Part shown: in pieces, positions 23,800 to 36,000 of the stretch
How the letters are laid out: every line of letters starts with the position of its first letter
Position numbering within the stretch: position 1 is the stretch's first letter
Assembly: GCF_024521635.1 (NCBI RefSeq)
Contig: NW_026250405.1
Coordinates: 992,001-1,056,000, forward strand
Source: Tricharina praecox
Lineage: Eukaryota
DNA: 64,000 bases
Direction: 5' to 3'
Notes under the pieces: model-generated
Seen by the model: only the letters and a program-made list of their open reading frames with translations
What the model was told of the DNA's origin: nothing
The model's database searches: none
Program-made: the position numbers and the translations under genes

Positions 23800-25380
23800 C
23801 CATCCGATCTCTGGGGGTTAAAGTTCAACCCTACCGGATTGTGTGCGTTCACGCTTCCACGCCGCTTCTCCGCAATCTGCAGCAGCGTAAATCCTACCGG
23901 TAGGTACAGACCATCTGGATCCTGCTCTAGGGCAACCGCTGTTGTGCAGAAATGAAGTACGGTAGGTAAGTGGGTTAAACGGCCTGCACTCGGTCGTCGT
24001 GATTATCCGCCTGGTACTATAATTTTTCTTGGTGGGCAATGGTATGTACGGGTTCCGAGTTGGAGCCATTGAGAGCCTGGAGGCGTAGGAGAGTGGCCAC
24101 GAGGTCGCGTATCTGAGGATCTGGCCAAGGCAGACTGTGGGGTAGGTAATCAAAAGGCCGTGTTTGGGAGCCTGGGCTTCTTCCGCATGGAGAAATGTGC
24201 CTACATACTCGGACCAAGCCTTCTGGGTAGGTACATAGCCGCCGTACGGTAGGAATCCCCCGATGAATGCTGCATCTACGGTTTATATACCTATGCGAGT
24301 TCGAGATCTGAATGGAGAGCTAGCAAGTATGTACTCTATGTAGAGGGAACCGCAGTCTCGACTACGTGATAAATGACTATATATCTTGGCCATCTGCGCA
24401 GCAGTTTATATTGCCTAGCACCCAATCGTGGCATTAGGAGCTGACAGCTGATAGCTGGCGGGTACTCGGGTAGAGTAAGTACCTAGATGTCGAGCTGTCG
24501 TTGTGTCAACGGATGCCGTATGTACCTAGTCTGCAATCGGAGGGGTTTCTGTCTGGCCCCGCCATAACTAGCAACTTTCGCCAGGAAAAATAGGCGCACA
24601 CCTCATACCTAGAGCGGTCACCGTAGGCAGAGCGGGATGCAAAGTCTACGAGCACCGGCCCGGCCCGCCGTTAACTTCCGCTAGCTAGCAAGTGAAGTTT
24701 TTGGACTCAACATCCATCCATCTATGCGCGAAGTCCATCCAGCCTCATGAACGTCTGGAGAGTTTACATAAAGTAGATCTGTAGTTGCGTAGCCTGGCCA
24801 ATACTTACTACACAGATACCTACTACTCTAGATACCGAGGCAGATCGCTACCAAGCGGCGCCTACCGGTACCTATCTAGGTGTCAATCTGAAACCATTTT
24901 CCCTGTCGGGTCGCCAAGCGCGTCAAACGACGAGCTTGAGCTAGCTATATAGCTGCAAAGCCACCGTGAAGCGAGCCAAGGCGTCGGATAATAGGCGAAG
25001 AACCTCCCAAACGGACTACCTACATAATCAATATCCCGAGGCTTTTCGTATGTACCTGTACACTATCGCTACTGGCGAAACGGATCACGCGACGATGTAC
25101 ACAGCGGAACATCGACCGCGTGCAGACTTGGTATGACACCTCTACTACATATATACGCTCGCGTGTTTGTGCGGGATTTGAACTAGTGACCAGGTAGTAG
25201 AAGGGTAAAAAGTGAGCCCGTTGAATATCTAGTACCTACATCAAGACCTCGGTACTATGAGGGGGAAATCATTTTATTGACGTATCTATAGACCTAAGTA
25301 GATCACGACGTCCGAACCAATGAGAGCCACCGCCGCGAGACTAGCTAATCGGCGTCTCTCGCCTGCCCGCGAGAGAGAAG
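23800..25380. mobile_element. Highly decayed, TpA-enriched repeat relic, family unidentified
   Basis: No ORF of 60 aa or more between 24218 and 25344. TA/TAG/CTA are dense (10 TA dinucleotides in 24781-24840). It abuts the gag-like pseudogene. Confidence 0.45.
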
Positions 25381-25384
25381 TACA

Positions 25385-26344
25385 CTAACCAACGAAAAGC
25401 TCTCCCAGCGAAGTAGATATATACACGGTAAAGACTGGTATGGGCCCGCGTGCCCGCCCCTTCCCACCTCTCCTCTCTCACCTACGGGCTGATACGCCCG
25501 CTCTTCCCACCTGCCCTCTGTCCCTTCGTTTGAAGGTTTCGGGCTCCTTCCTACGGGGCTCGCGTGCCTTTTTCGGCCTGGCGTTCTTGCTCCCACCGAT
25601 GAAGACGGTCACATGTACGCCGCCCCTGCCGCGAGCAATATCAGCCCACGACGTGATGCTTCCCCCTGTTCCAAATGCAGCCCCTCTCTTCTCCGCTTTC
25701 CCTTTCCTCTTCCTCTCAACCTTCTTCCATCCCTCATCCGTCTCAGTGTCGCGGGTTCCAAGCTCCGAGGACACGGCAGGTGTTGGTGGTTTGGGTCGTA
25801 CGGAGTCGGCCTCCAATTCCCTATGCTCAGATTTCTCAGGCGTCGGGGTGGGGGGGTTGGATCTAGCCAGCTTCTACGGTTGGTGTGGGGTTGGTGGCCC
25901 CGTCCGTTTCCGTTTCGGCCGGGGAGGTGGTGTCGATGAAGGCGGCGGTAGCAGCTGTGTGGCTTGCACTGGCGTTTGCTCCCGGAGCGCCCGGTTCTCT
26001 TCTGTGAGCTTTTCGATTGTCTCACTCATCGTCTCTATAAGGGCTTTGAGGCCCCTTATCTCCTGTCGGGTCTCTTGTACCACTGATACGAGTTCCTTGA
26101 CGCTTCCTACTGACTCTCCGACAACAGCGCTAACAATGGCGAACTCGTCGCGGAAAATCGTCCGAAGCTTTTCGTACAGTAGGTTGGTGTTTTCGGCGAT
26201 GGTCGGCGACGCAACAGATTTGTCGTGACCAAGGACGGAACGATCCTCTTCCTCCATTCGCTTTGAGGGCGTTGGGAGGGGGACGGGGCACCGGCTCAAC
26301 AGGTGCCCGGGCCGCCCGCAATTGCAGCAGGTGCGCGGGGATAT
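25385..26344 (-). pseudogene. Gag/ORF1-like pseudogene of a retroelement (probably non-LTR/LINE type)
   Basis: CX2CX4HX4C zinc knuckle (CCNCGRPGHLLSRC, 26288-26329), coiled coil (QEIRGLKALIETMSETIEKLTEENRALR), GWKKVERKRK and SWADIA motifs. ORFs 25874-26599 and 25478-25816 are one frame broken by a TAG and a TGA. No RT domain was seen. Confidence 0.7.
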
Positions 26345-27825
26345 TCCAAGAGGGGTAGGAATGGACCTCGGTACTATTATAACTATATCAAGGGTAAATA
26401 ATTCTTGGCGCTTGGGTAGACGCCTACTGGCTACTGCTCGATTAGACCGATCGTGGCGGATATCTGCAGTACTACATATCTCTGGACGAGCCCCCACGTA
26501 CCTAGTTATGTATGTATGTATGTACGGAGTGGCCAAAGTTATCGACGTCCCTCCCCCACTGTATGTAAAGCGGACCGAACCACCGTTCTCTCGCTTCATC
26601 GCAATTTATCAATATCCCTTGGAGAATCGCCCGCCAGAAGAACCTACATACCATCTGGGAGACAAAGGCGAATAGATACCTAGATAGAGTCCTCTGGTCA
26701 GCAGTAGTTACGGGAACGGGTATCCGACGAAGAGATTCAAGTGAAGAGAAGAGAAAAAAGTTTCGCGATGGCTTCAAATGGCATTCTACAAGCTAGATGT
26801 AAGGTATCCGCCGTCCGGGCATTAGGTATACCTTCCGTGCATACGTCTACGGTATTTATTCCGGACCCGGCGGTGCCAAAGAAGCTGCGGAAAGTTTTGG
26901 GGTCACTCGCCGTATGTACATACTAACACTTGGTCTTGGAATTGTGGGGTAGATGTTCCTGCAGCCTTAATGGCTAGCTCATATAATAGTAATACGACCA
27001 CAGCCTAATTTCTGTACATACCGAGGCATCCTGCAGGCTACGTAGGAGTACCAGGGACGAAGCAGTGCGGGGATCCCGACAGCGGATGTTTAACTAAATC
27101 TTGGCTGCAGGAATCTAACGGTTCGCATTTGTATGTAGTGTTCAATCAAAATAATACACCACTTCAGTATCCGAAAATATCTAGTAGCGGGAGTCTTCAA
27201 AATCTATACGGTGCTACCTACATTGAGTCGGTGGTGGAACTCCTAGACATATTTTCGCGAGTGGTGGAGGTCGCCTATGTATGTTGCATATGGATATCGA
27301 TACGTGACTGTGATTTTGTACGTTGGAGCCTGGAATGCACATGGCCATCTCTATCCAGTTGCCATCATCACCCTCACCAGACCTGAACCAGATATGTGCC
27401 TCGGAACCAAAGCTGCAGCCAAACAGCCCCAAGAGGATAAGCTAAACAATGTTGCAGAAACATTCACCCAGCTGCCTAGACACAAGGTGATTTGTTTCTT
27501 CTTCGTCAATGAATTTCTTGGCTTTTCCTGGAGAAGTTTGTCAAGATATAGCAGAGAGCCTAACCTCAACGAGCCCCTTGGTCAGTGTCTTGGAGCGTGA
27601 GGAGCTGGTGATAGATACTGAGATCTCACGGCTCAGATTCACTCCACCGACCTTGGCGGCCAGATACCTCTCGTATATATACCTCGTTTCCCACCGGTAT
27701 CAATTCGTTCCTCACCACCAGAAGTTCGAATACGAGCAGTCAGCAGCACTCTTCAGTCTTCCACTTCTCAGTCCTTCCCACCGGTCATCCCGAATAACCC
27801 TCTCTCCACCACAGAACCTTTCACG

Positions 27826-28807
27826 ATGAAGTTCACCGCCGCAATTCTCTCTGCCCTGCCGCTCCTTGCACTAGCTGCGCCAACTGCAAGTCCCGCCGCA
27901 GTCACCGCCGCCGATGCCATCGAGCTCGAGCTCTTCAAGAAGAGTATGCTCGAGGGCTACGGCAACCTCTTCAAGAAGGGGATCCAGGAGCGCGAGGCCG
28001 AGGGCGCAATCGAGGCGCGCCAGTTGTTCAGCTCAACCCGAAACGAGCTGACCGCGGGACGCTGTGCCGATGCCATCGTCATCTTCGCCCGTGGTACCAC
28101 TGAGACCGGAAACGTCGGAACCGTGCTTTCGGGCCCCCTTTTCCGTGCCATCTCCGATGAGACGGTATGGTTCACTCCGGATAGGGCAATGGACGTGCCG
28201 CGCTGACTCGGAACTGCCACAGAACGGCCGCGCTATCTTCCAGGGTGTTAATGACTATCCCGCCGATATCGCCGGCTAGTAAGTGTTCCCCAAAGACGGC
28301 ACCCGTATGTACTAATCCCGGAAATAGCCTCGCTGGCGGATCCCGGTCCGGTGCCCGGAACATGGCCGGGCTGGTGACGCGGGCCAGGTCGCAGTGTCCG
28401 AGCGGAAAGGTCTTCATGATCGGCTACTCGCAGGGAGCCCAGGTTACGCATTTGGCGGGAGACCTGATCCCCACCGCTGACCGTGCTGCTGTCGGTACGA
28501 ACTCTCGCATGATGCCGGGGTATTTCAATATTGTTATGTACTGACACGTCTGCACAGGCGGTGTCGTTGTTTTCGGTGACCCAAACCGTGGCGATCGCTT
28601 CCCCGGTACCTTGAACAACAATGTCCTCACAATCTGCGACCTCGCCGATCCTATCTGCTACGGGATTCCTCTACCCATCGTAAGCATATTCCCATTGCAG
28701 ACCGAATAGGTGGTGAAGAACATGGACTGACCTTGACATAGGGCGAGCACCTGAACTATGGTCCTGATGCACCCCAAGCGGCGCGCTGGATCGCCCAGAG
28801 GGTGTAG
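27826..28807 (+). CDS. Secreted cutinase (CE5), 5 exons
   Basis: Signal peptide MKFTAAILSALPLLALA, IFARGTTETGNVG, nucleophile GYSQG, VVVFGDP, CDLADPICYG and catalytic His (GEHLNYG). Introns 28165-28222, 28279-28327, 28495-28557 and 28680-28741 all keep frame. Confidence 0.95.
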
Positions 28808-31800
28808 ATATTTTTTTCTGTTCCTAACAGTCATCTTCTTTTGTGGAAATTGTGTTTTTGATTTTGATGAGGTTCGGCGGGATTGGACTCAAACCTCTTG
28901 ACGGGGAATTGGGGGCTGGAAGAAAAAAGGGTTGCCGAATTTTTCCCTCCGGTTGCGGAAACTGCAAGCATATCTACTGTAGTTAGCATCAGACTGGAGC
29001 AGTAATCCAACTTTTGTTGTTATCTTCTCAGAATGGTCCGGATCATCGAGCAGAACGCTCAAAAATCGTGGCATCACTCGATTATGCTGAAGCTAGTCCC
29101 TCAAGCCCCTCTCAGCCGCACGCATAAGTCGCTGTACCGGCAGGACCGACCAATCTAACTGTAGGTACGCTTAAAATGCGGTGTGTGCGGTGGCGGAGTG
29201 GTTCTCCGAGGAAGCCACCGAATCTCTATGAGCGACTCTCGTGGCCGTTTGAGGGTCTAGTCTTGTGCGAAGAAACGCGTTTTGTGTACATCGAGTCTCG
29301 ACCAAGCGGGTTGCGATGCAATGGTGATATGCTGGGGTAGAGTTATTGGACGACACGCTGCGTGGTAAGCCCAGGCCCCGGAGCGGATAGGTATGTATGT
29401 AGCAACTTACGTGTCCGCACCCATGCGTAGGATTGTAGATCATCAATCTGCAGTCGTTCTGGTAGGAATCGATATCGTATTCTACACTTTTCCGTCCGGA
29501 GAACCCATCTGACTGCTGTGATTTCGCCACGACGTTCTAGGCCAAAGAGGCGCGGTCGCTTCTTCTTTTCTGGCGGCAAATTGCGCCGCAGGTGACACCT
29601 TATCGTAACCATGCGCACATGAGGAGCAAGCATCGGAAATGAAGAATTCGATATCGGTGATCGGTAGCTAGAGTGCCTAGGTCGGTGTTCCCTGTGCGCC
29701 TCTGGGTATTAGGTAAATCCCCGCCTGTGTAGTCTAGAGTACCGTACCGCAGCAGATCGCCGACTAGTACATAACTCCAATAAAGATCAGCGGAATACTG
29801 TTGCGGCCTGCAGAGACATCGCCATTGCCACCACACAACGCTCAATACCCTCCCGTATATGTTGTCGTCATACAAAACGAGCGGCCGAAGTTCTGGCCCC
29901 CGATGTCGGTGAGCGCTCTTGCGGGGGGAGGGGAGGGGAACAACCTGCAATCTCTCCTTGTGGGTTGCTGTCTCGTACGATGGAGGTGATGAAGAAGACG
30001 AGCGGACAAAGTGTCCAAGCGACGAAAATCTACCAGGATTTGCATGCAGGTCTCTGCCGCGCACCAACAAATCCCATCGGACGTATCCGGGTGCCCACTT
30101 CGTTCTGTCTGGAAACTGAAATTGTTGCCTGAAGCCAGCAGCAGCGCGCACGTTACCGTTGGCGGATTGGCAGACACTCCGTTCGCCACCGTCCACGAAG
30201 TTCTGTAATTTCTGTAGCTGGCTGAGTGAGCGTGGCGCGTCTGGATCGTCGAGGAGTGAAGGGAGTTGGAACTTGGACAGTATGATAAATATCACGGTCG
30301 TCCCTGATCATGGAAAGGCCGGTAGGTAAGTAAGTACTTCGGTAGGTTTCCGGTACATAAGCGGCTCAACCCGTACAAGTATGTGGGCCCCGTCGAGCCT
30401 GCCGAGAAGAAGGGCCATGATGGAGTCTGGACGGGGTGTTGCATGGCATGAAGGCTGGATACTTAGCCGGGATGACGGCCGCTTCGGATAGTGTTGGGGA
30501 TTTTCGCACTCTATATTCATTTACGGATTCATACATTCTATTTCATTAGGTGAGAGGCATTCCAATCCTGTTCAAATTGTTTTTTGCACGGTCAGGAGGG
30601 GATCCGAGGTGCTGATACTATTCGGGGACGAGCCGCAGTGCCGCAGTGCCGCACACTGAAAGTGGTGGCTGGGCCTTCCTGACAAAACGTTTGTTCATTC
30701 CTCGAGTGTGCTAGCAGGTAGTCCAACGAACCAACCTTCCTCGGCGAAGCGAATGGTACCGTATACCTATCCCTACCGAACAGCCTTTCCCCTCCTCCTC
30801 CTCCCTCGCTGCACCGGCAGGTTCGAAGCTCGAACGACACTCAAGAGACGATCTCCACCATCCCGAGCCCGTCCGATCCATTCCTCGCTCTCGACACCGT
30901 CTATACCGCCGCCGTATGTGTGCCACTCCCCCACTGCGACGTTGGAGATGGGCCCATCTAGCGTGTGCCGAAGAGTGATCGTCTCCACCGGAGGGGCACT
31001 GTGGATTACCGATATCTCCATGGAGTCTCAGGCCTCAAGGAAGTTGGACCACCAGAACCAAATGACCTCTCGCATACCCGATCCCTCAGCCCTGTATCCT
31101 TCGATCTCAGCCAGTCATCGGAGACAGCGCGCTGAATCAAACCCCACATGGAGGATGGACCTCTCGCATACGGACTTCGAGTGGTAGATGACATGGCCGG
31201 GGGCCCAGCGGTGTATTCGTGCTGCACAACTGTCATCATCTTGCGGCGTCGATCATGCGGAGTTTAAATCGGATGTCTCAGATCATATGATTCGGATCTT
31301 GGATCGCGGATGATGTCTCGGCGGTGGGGCGGGTGCTGTCAGATCAGTACCTACTATACAGACGAGTGGTTCCGCAAGACAGCACCCAAACCCGGTAGGA
31401 AAGAAGCTCTTTAGCGGAACTGAACCCTCATTAACCGGAAGTGAAAAAGAAAAAAGAAAGGAAACATGGAGTTGAAGTGAACAAGGCCAATCATTTGATA
31501 ACCCTAATGCCGGAGATCCACACTATTTCACAACACAACCGCGTCAACGAGTGCATAACGGAACAATTCTAGTAAGAACCCGCAACCCCACGATTAAATA
31601 AGCTAAGAGAAACATATAGACAGCTCAATAATAGATATATTTGGAGCAAACGACATCAAAAAGAAACTCCAAGCAACCTTTGGCCGGTCAAACAGATACC
31701 GCAGATACCACAGATAACCCCCCGGCCGACACCAAAGGCCATTTACTAACCTAATATGCACCGGTGTATCAGCAGCTGTACCTCTCGGGGTTAAGCAGCT

Positions 31801-31852
31801 GAAGAGGTGTCCTACCTACAACTACGCCATCGCATCGAGGATGGTCACGGTC

Positions 31853-33054
31853 CTATACCCCTTGTTCACTGTCCACCGCCTGTTTCCGGGTGGCATATTT
31901 GTCACGACGCATGACAATCTCGCGGCCCTTCAGAGTGGAACCCTTGAACAGCTCCAGGCAACGCTCCGCCTCCTGCTGTGTCTTGAACAACACGGTCCCG
32001 TAACCCTTCCCCTTCCCGTTGGAGCCTTTGGGAACTTCGCAGCGCACGATGGTGCCGGCTTCAGCGAGGTGGTCGCGCAGCTCCCTCCACGTGACGTCAT
32101 ACTTCAGGTTCCTCACGTGGATGCCGCGAGGCTCAGTCACAACTGCCCCATGAGCGAGGTTGATTGGCAGTCCGCCGGATATTGGTGTGACGGTGTGGGG
32201 GGTGGGTGGCACCCAAGGCTTCGAATGATCGATGTGGACGGGAAATGTGCCTGGAGGCCCAGGAGGCGGCGGCGGCGGCGCTGGCGGGCAGTCGTATCGG
32301 AAGATCGACCCGTAAAACGGCGGGTTATAGTACTCGGCCATGGCCGGTCCGACTTGAAACGAATGATGCAGGGTGGGCATGAAGTTTCCGCCGTATAGAC
32401 TCTCGTCGTGAAAGGTGGGTTGAGGGGTCGGCGGTGTCTGATAGACGTCTTGGAACGTCGCCCATGCCCCGCATCCAACAGCTTGGAGATACGGCTGCGC
32501 CTGAGGAAATGGCTGCATCTGGGGATACGGCTGGCTATGAGGGGGACCATAAGGTGGAGGCGAGAGTTGCTCCAACAAGGGCGGGGTGGACATCCTCGAA
32601 GTCGCTGGCTCCTCGTTGAGCTTCCGGCCAGCGCCAGTAGGACAAACATCATGCTCGTTGCCCAACATGGTTATCAACGCACGACCTTCCCACTCGCGGC
32701 CATCGAGTTCTGTGATGGGGACATGGAGTTGGAAACGACACCCTGGAATCTTTAGAGGATGATCGACTTACGGAGAACCTTCATCGCCTCCTCCCTTCCC
32801 TTTACACGAACATAGCCGAATCCCCTCGAGCGACCGTCCGGGGTGACATAGATCTCAACGTGCTCGACTGCCATGCTGTACTCGCGCACCAAGTCCTTGA
32901 GATCTTGCCATTTGCATTTCCACGGTATCTGACCAACGACTCGTCAGAAGGAAGCTTGGGGAGCAATCCACTCAGACGAATCACTCACGTTTCCTATCAA
33001 AATGAAATATAGGCCGGACTGGGATGCACTACGTTGCATTACTGTCTGCCCCAT
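31853..33054 (-). CDS. Two-RRM RNA-binding protein (Gbp2/Hrb1-like RRMs), 3 exons
   Basis: RRM1 is LYFILIGN|IPWKCKWQDLKDLVR...RSRGFGYVRV across introns 32929-32988 and 32710-32771. A Pro/Gln/Tyr-rich linker follows. RRM2 is IHVRNLKYDVTWRELRDHL...KGKGYGTVLF...GREIVMRRDK. The start codon is uncertain. Confidence 0.85.
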
Positions 33055-36000
33055 GGAAGAGCTTGGGATGAATGTTTGGTCGAAGCAGACAAGGTTTAGT
33101 GTAGAGGAGTTGGTGATCAAGTCTGCCGAGAGATATGTGGCGGACGACCCATTATATGGTGAATATGGGTGAGGGGGGAGAACATGCACTTAATCATGAT
33201 GGCGGGGAAGTTGGGGAGGGGGGAGAGGGGGAAGCTTCTAGGGTCCAGCAAAGCAAACAGCAGCTTGTGGCACTTTCTGAACAGTGGAACCATTCAGATT
33301 CCACAGGATCAACACGAACAAAGCGCCCCAGCGAGGGAAGACGGCGGTTTTTCCCCTCCGCATAGGACAAATGGCTAGGATGCTGTATTGTACCGTGAAC
33401 CGTTTCCGAGGAATGCTCAGCAGGCGTGCGAGGCCTTGCAAGAGCCTGCAGTGCAAATGAATTGGGATGAACTGAGAGGCTGCAGATAACTGGTGGGTCC
33501 GCTCTACGCCCCCGTTGGACGATCCACAGGACGGCTGGCTACAAGACTCAACACTGAGATCGGGCTATTGCATCTCCACTATTTCGATATGGGTATGCGA
33601 ATCTCGAGCCTAACAAAAATGTGAGCTATCGATCACTCTCCATTGGGATTATCCCTCCCATGGCGTCGTCAGAGGCGCTCGCGGATTCGAGGGACTCGTT
33701 GGTTCTCGCCACTTTATTTCAAAGATTACCGATCAGGCAGACAGTCTGCCATGGAGCGAGAGCACTATCCCGGGGAGAGAGGAGAGGGAAACGGATTATG
33801 AATTCACGCTGCAAAACTTTGCCTAGGTACGTCTCTCCAATGAAATAATCTTTTATGTATACCCACGATACCTGGTTACGCACTGCACCGACGGTATGTA
33901 GTTATCTGCATAGCCCTCTCAGACCCGACCACCCATAGTCGGTCATTGTGGATCAGTTGTACATACGGCTCGCTTGGATTCCCCCAAGTGTCAATAGTAT
34001 CTACGATCGGAGACTTCAACCGACGCATACTATCGACTAGCTACAAGGGCGTCACAAGAATAGTTCCTCACATTATGACAGCACGGATTTGCACCAGACA
34101 CCTTAAGAATAGTCTCGAGGCGATGGCTCCCAACTCCAACAAGCATTTGGCATCCGGTCAACCCCATCCATCTTGGCATCTTGAAGGGGTGGGGCGGCGC
34201 TCACCGCTCAAGCGCTGAGACAAAGTCGATCATGTTACGGTAACCGAGAATCCCCATTTCTTGTCGTTCAAGGGGCGTGGTCGCGACCAGCCTGGAACTA
34301 AGTACTAAGCAGTCTGGAAGCTTTATCGCATGGCCCGGCCCACACGACTCGTGGCTAGCAGAACAACACGGACAGACGGGGAACCCAGCTTTCGGCGGAA
34401 CGATGCAGTCGTCTGGGCGACTGCGTCAACACATAATTCAAAACGAGCGGGCAGCAGAGACACACCAAGCCCATTCGAAGGGCTAAACCGCAGAACGCGT
34501 CCGAAATAAATATATGCGTAGGAAGGTTTCAGCTTCCCGTATAGCTTCCCGTACAGCTTTATGTACTTGCCGTCCATAATCACTAACCTCTCTGGTAAGA
34601 CCGGCAGCACATCAGGATGGCAGATGTTGGAGCCAGCTGCTACTGGTATGTAGCAAGCTCACGGCTTCCGGAAATCCTCTCGCACATGGCTAGATGGACA
34701 TTGGGAACCCTCCAGCCCCACTTTCTCTCAGGAAATGCTCACCGAGTAGGTATCTCTCAGCATACATGGTCGGAACGGCCGAAGAGTAACCAACGGCACA
34801 ACGATGAGATGATACGTCCCTCTGTCTGTCTTGCTCGAACGTCCGACTCGTAAGATGCGGAAATCTGTACTAGTACAGCAGTATCTATCTACGCATTCAT
34901 ATGCTAGCAAATGGCAGTCAGCTTGGATCCGTGATGGTGGCTGTGGCCGTGGTGATGGCAGAATGGCAAAATGGCCTGTGCAACGTCTTTTCTGCCACTA
35001 CACCTTTCGTGGGTCGATCAGCTTCTGTAAGCACACGAAGGGAGGCAACGCGTAGTAACAGCCGGGACACGCCGATCGGGATCCAAGAACCAGGCGTCAT
35101 TTCATGTCTGTGTGCCACAAAGCCCCACGCACCAGCACGAATATGTCTGCCGTTGAAATCCGGGATAGTCCCCACGGATAACTAACTACTTCTTAGCTAA
35201 GTACTTTCTGGACTTCGTCCCTCTCCACAAAACCACAGCGACAGCGGTGTTCCATTGGTGTGCTGGATACTTCGCTAATTGCCTGACCTCCAATGCATGC
35301 GCGGCGGCACGCAGCAACAAAGGCCATAAGACAAGTCGGCTATACGAGCGCGATGAACAAGTCCACGGATTTCGATTGGGGCTGCAGGAAAAAGCAGCGT
35401 GGTGCACACTCAAGGTGCAAAGGACGCTGATGGCCGGAACTTTCACGTTGCTGCCAAATGGGTGGGTGCTGACTTCCCTCCGCCATGCCATTGTGGGAAA
35501 CGGTTGTGGGTATGTCGATGCCTTCCGAAGTAGGTATACGGGTATGCTGTCCGGCGTCTTTGGCAGTCGAGAACGGGCGTCAGTCAGAGGTGATGGTGCA
35601 TCGCGGCGCGTGGGATATCACATTCACATTATTCTCGTTGATGCACGGCCGACCTCAGAAACGGACAAGCCGACACGAAAAAATTTGGGCTTGCAGTTCT
35701 CGAAAACTCGCTCTCTTTCTTTTTCCCACTGCCCCACCGCAACAACCGCACGCAACGGAATCGGTGAGCACAGCCCAGAAACTAACAACCCATAAATGCA
35801 CTCTGACGCCAGCCACCCCCTCAGCGGCCAATGCAGGGAGAACGGCCCGGAGGCAGGCAGGCAGGACGAGGAGTAATACTTTGTTCGAATTCTGCACATC
35901 CACGAAGGGGCTCCCCGTGCAAACCGCCTGTACGGGGCTAGGGCCAATCCGATTTCCTCACGGCAGACGCTTACTCAAGGCCAGTGTGCCCGTGCGAAAG

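Noticed and set aside
24890..25180. Faint hAT-transposase-like words (NHFPC, VQTWYDTST)
   Set aside because: Poor match to CxxH and TRWNS in a stop-riddled frame; family left unassigned.
26991..27110. ATACGACCAC resembling the 5' end of fungal 5S rRNA
   Set aside because: Similarity stops after ~10 nt, with no internal box A/C or 3' stem.
29171..31239. Several 60-230 aa minus-strand ORFs between the cutinase and RRM genes
   Set aside because: No motif or consistent exon chain. It may be a decayed gene but is unsupported.
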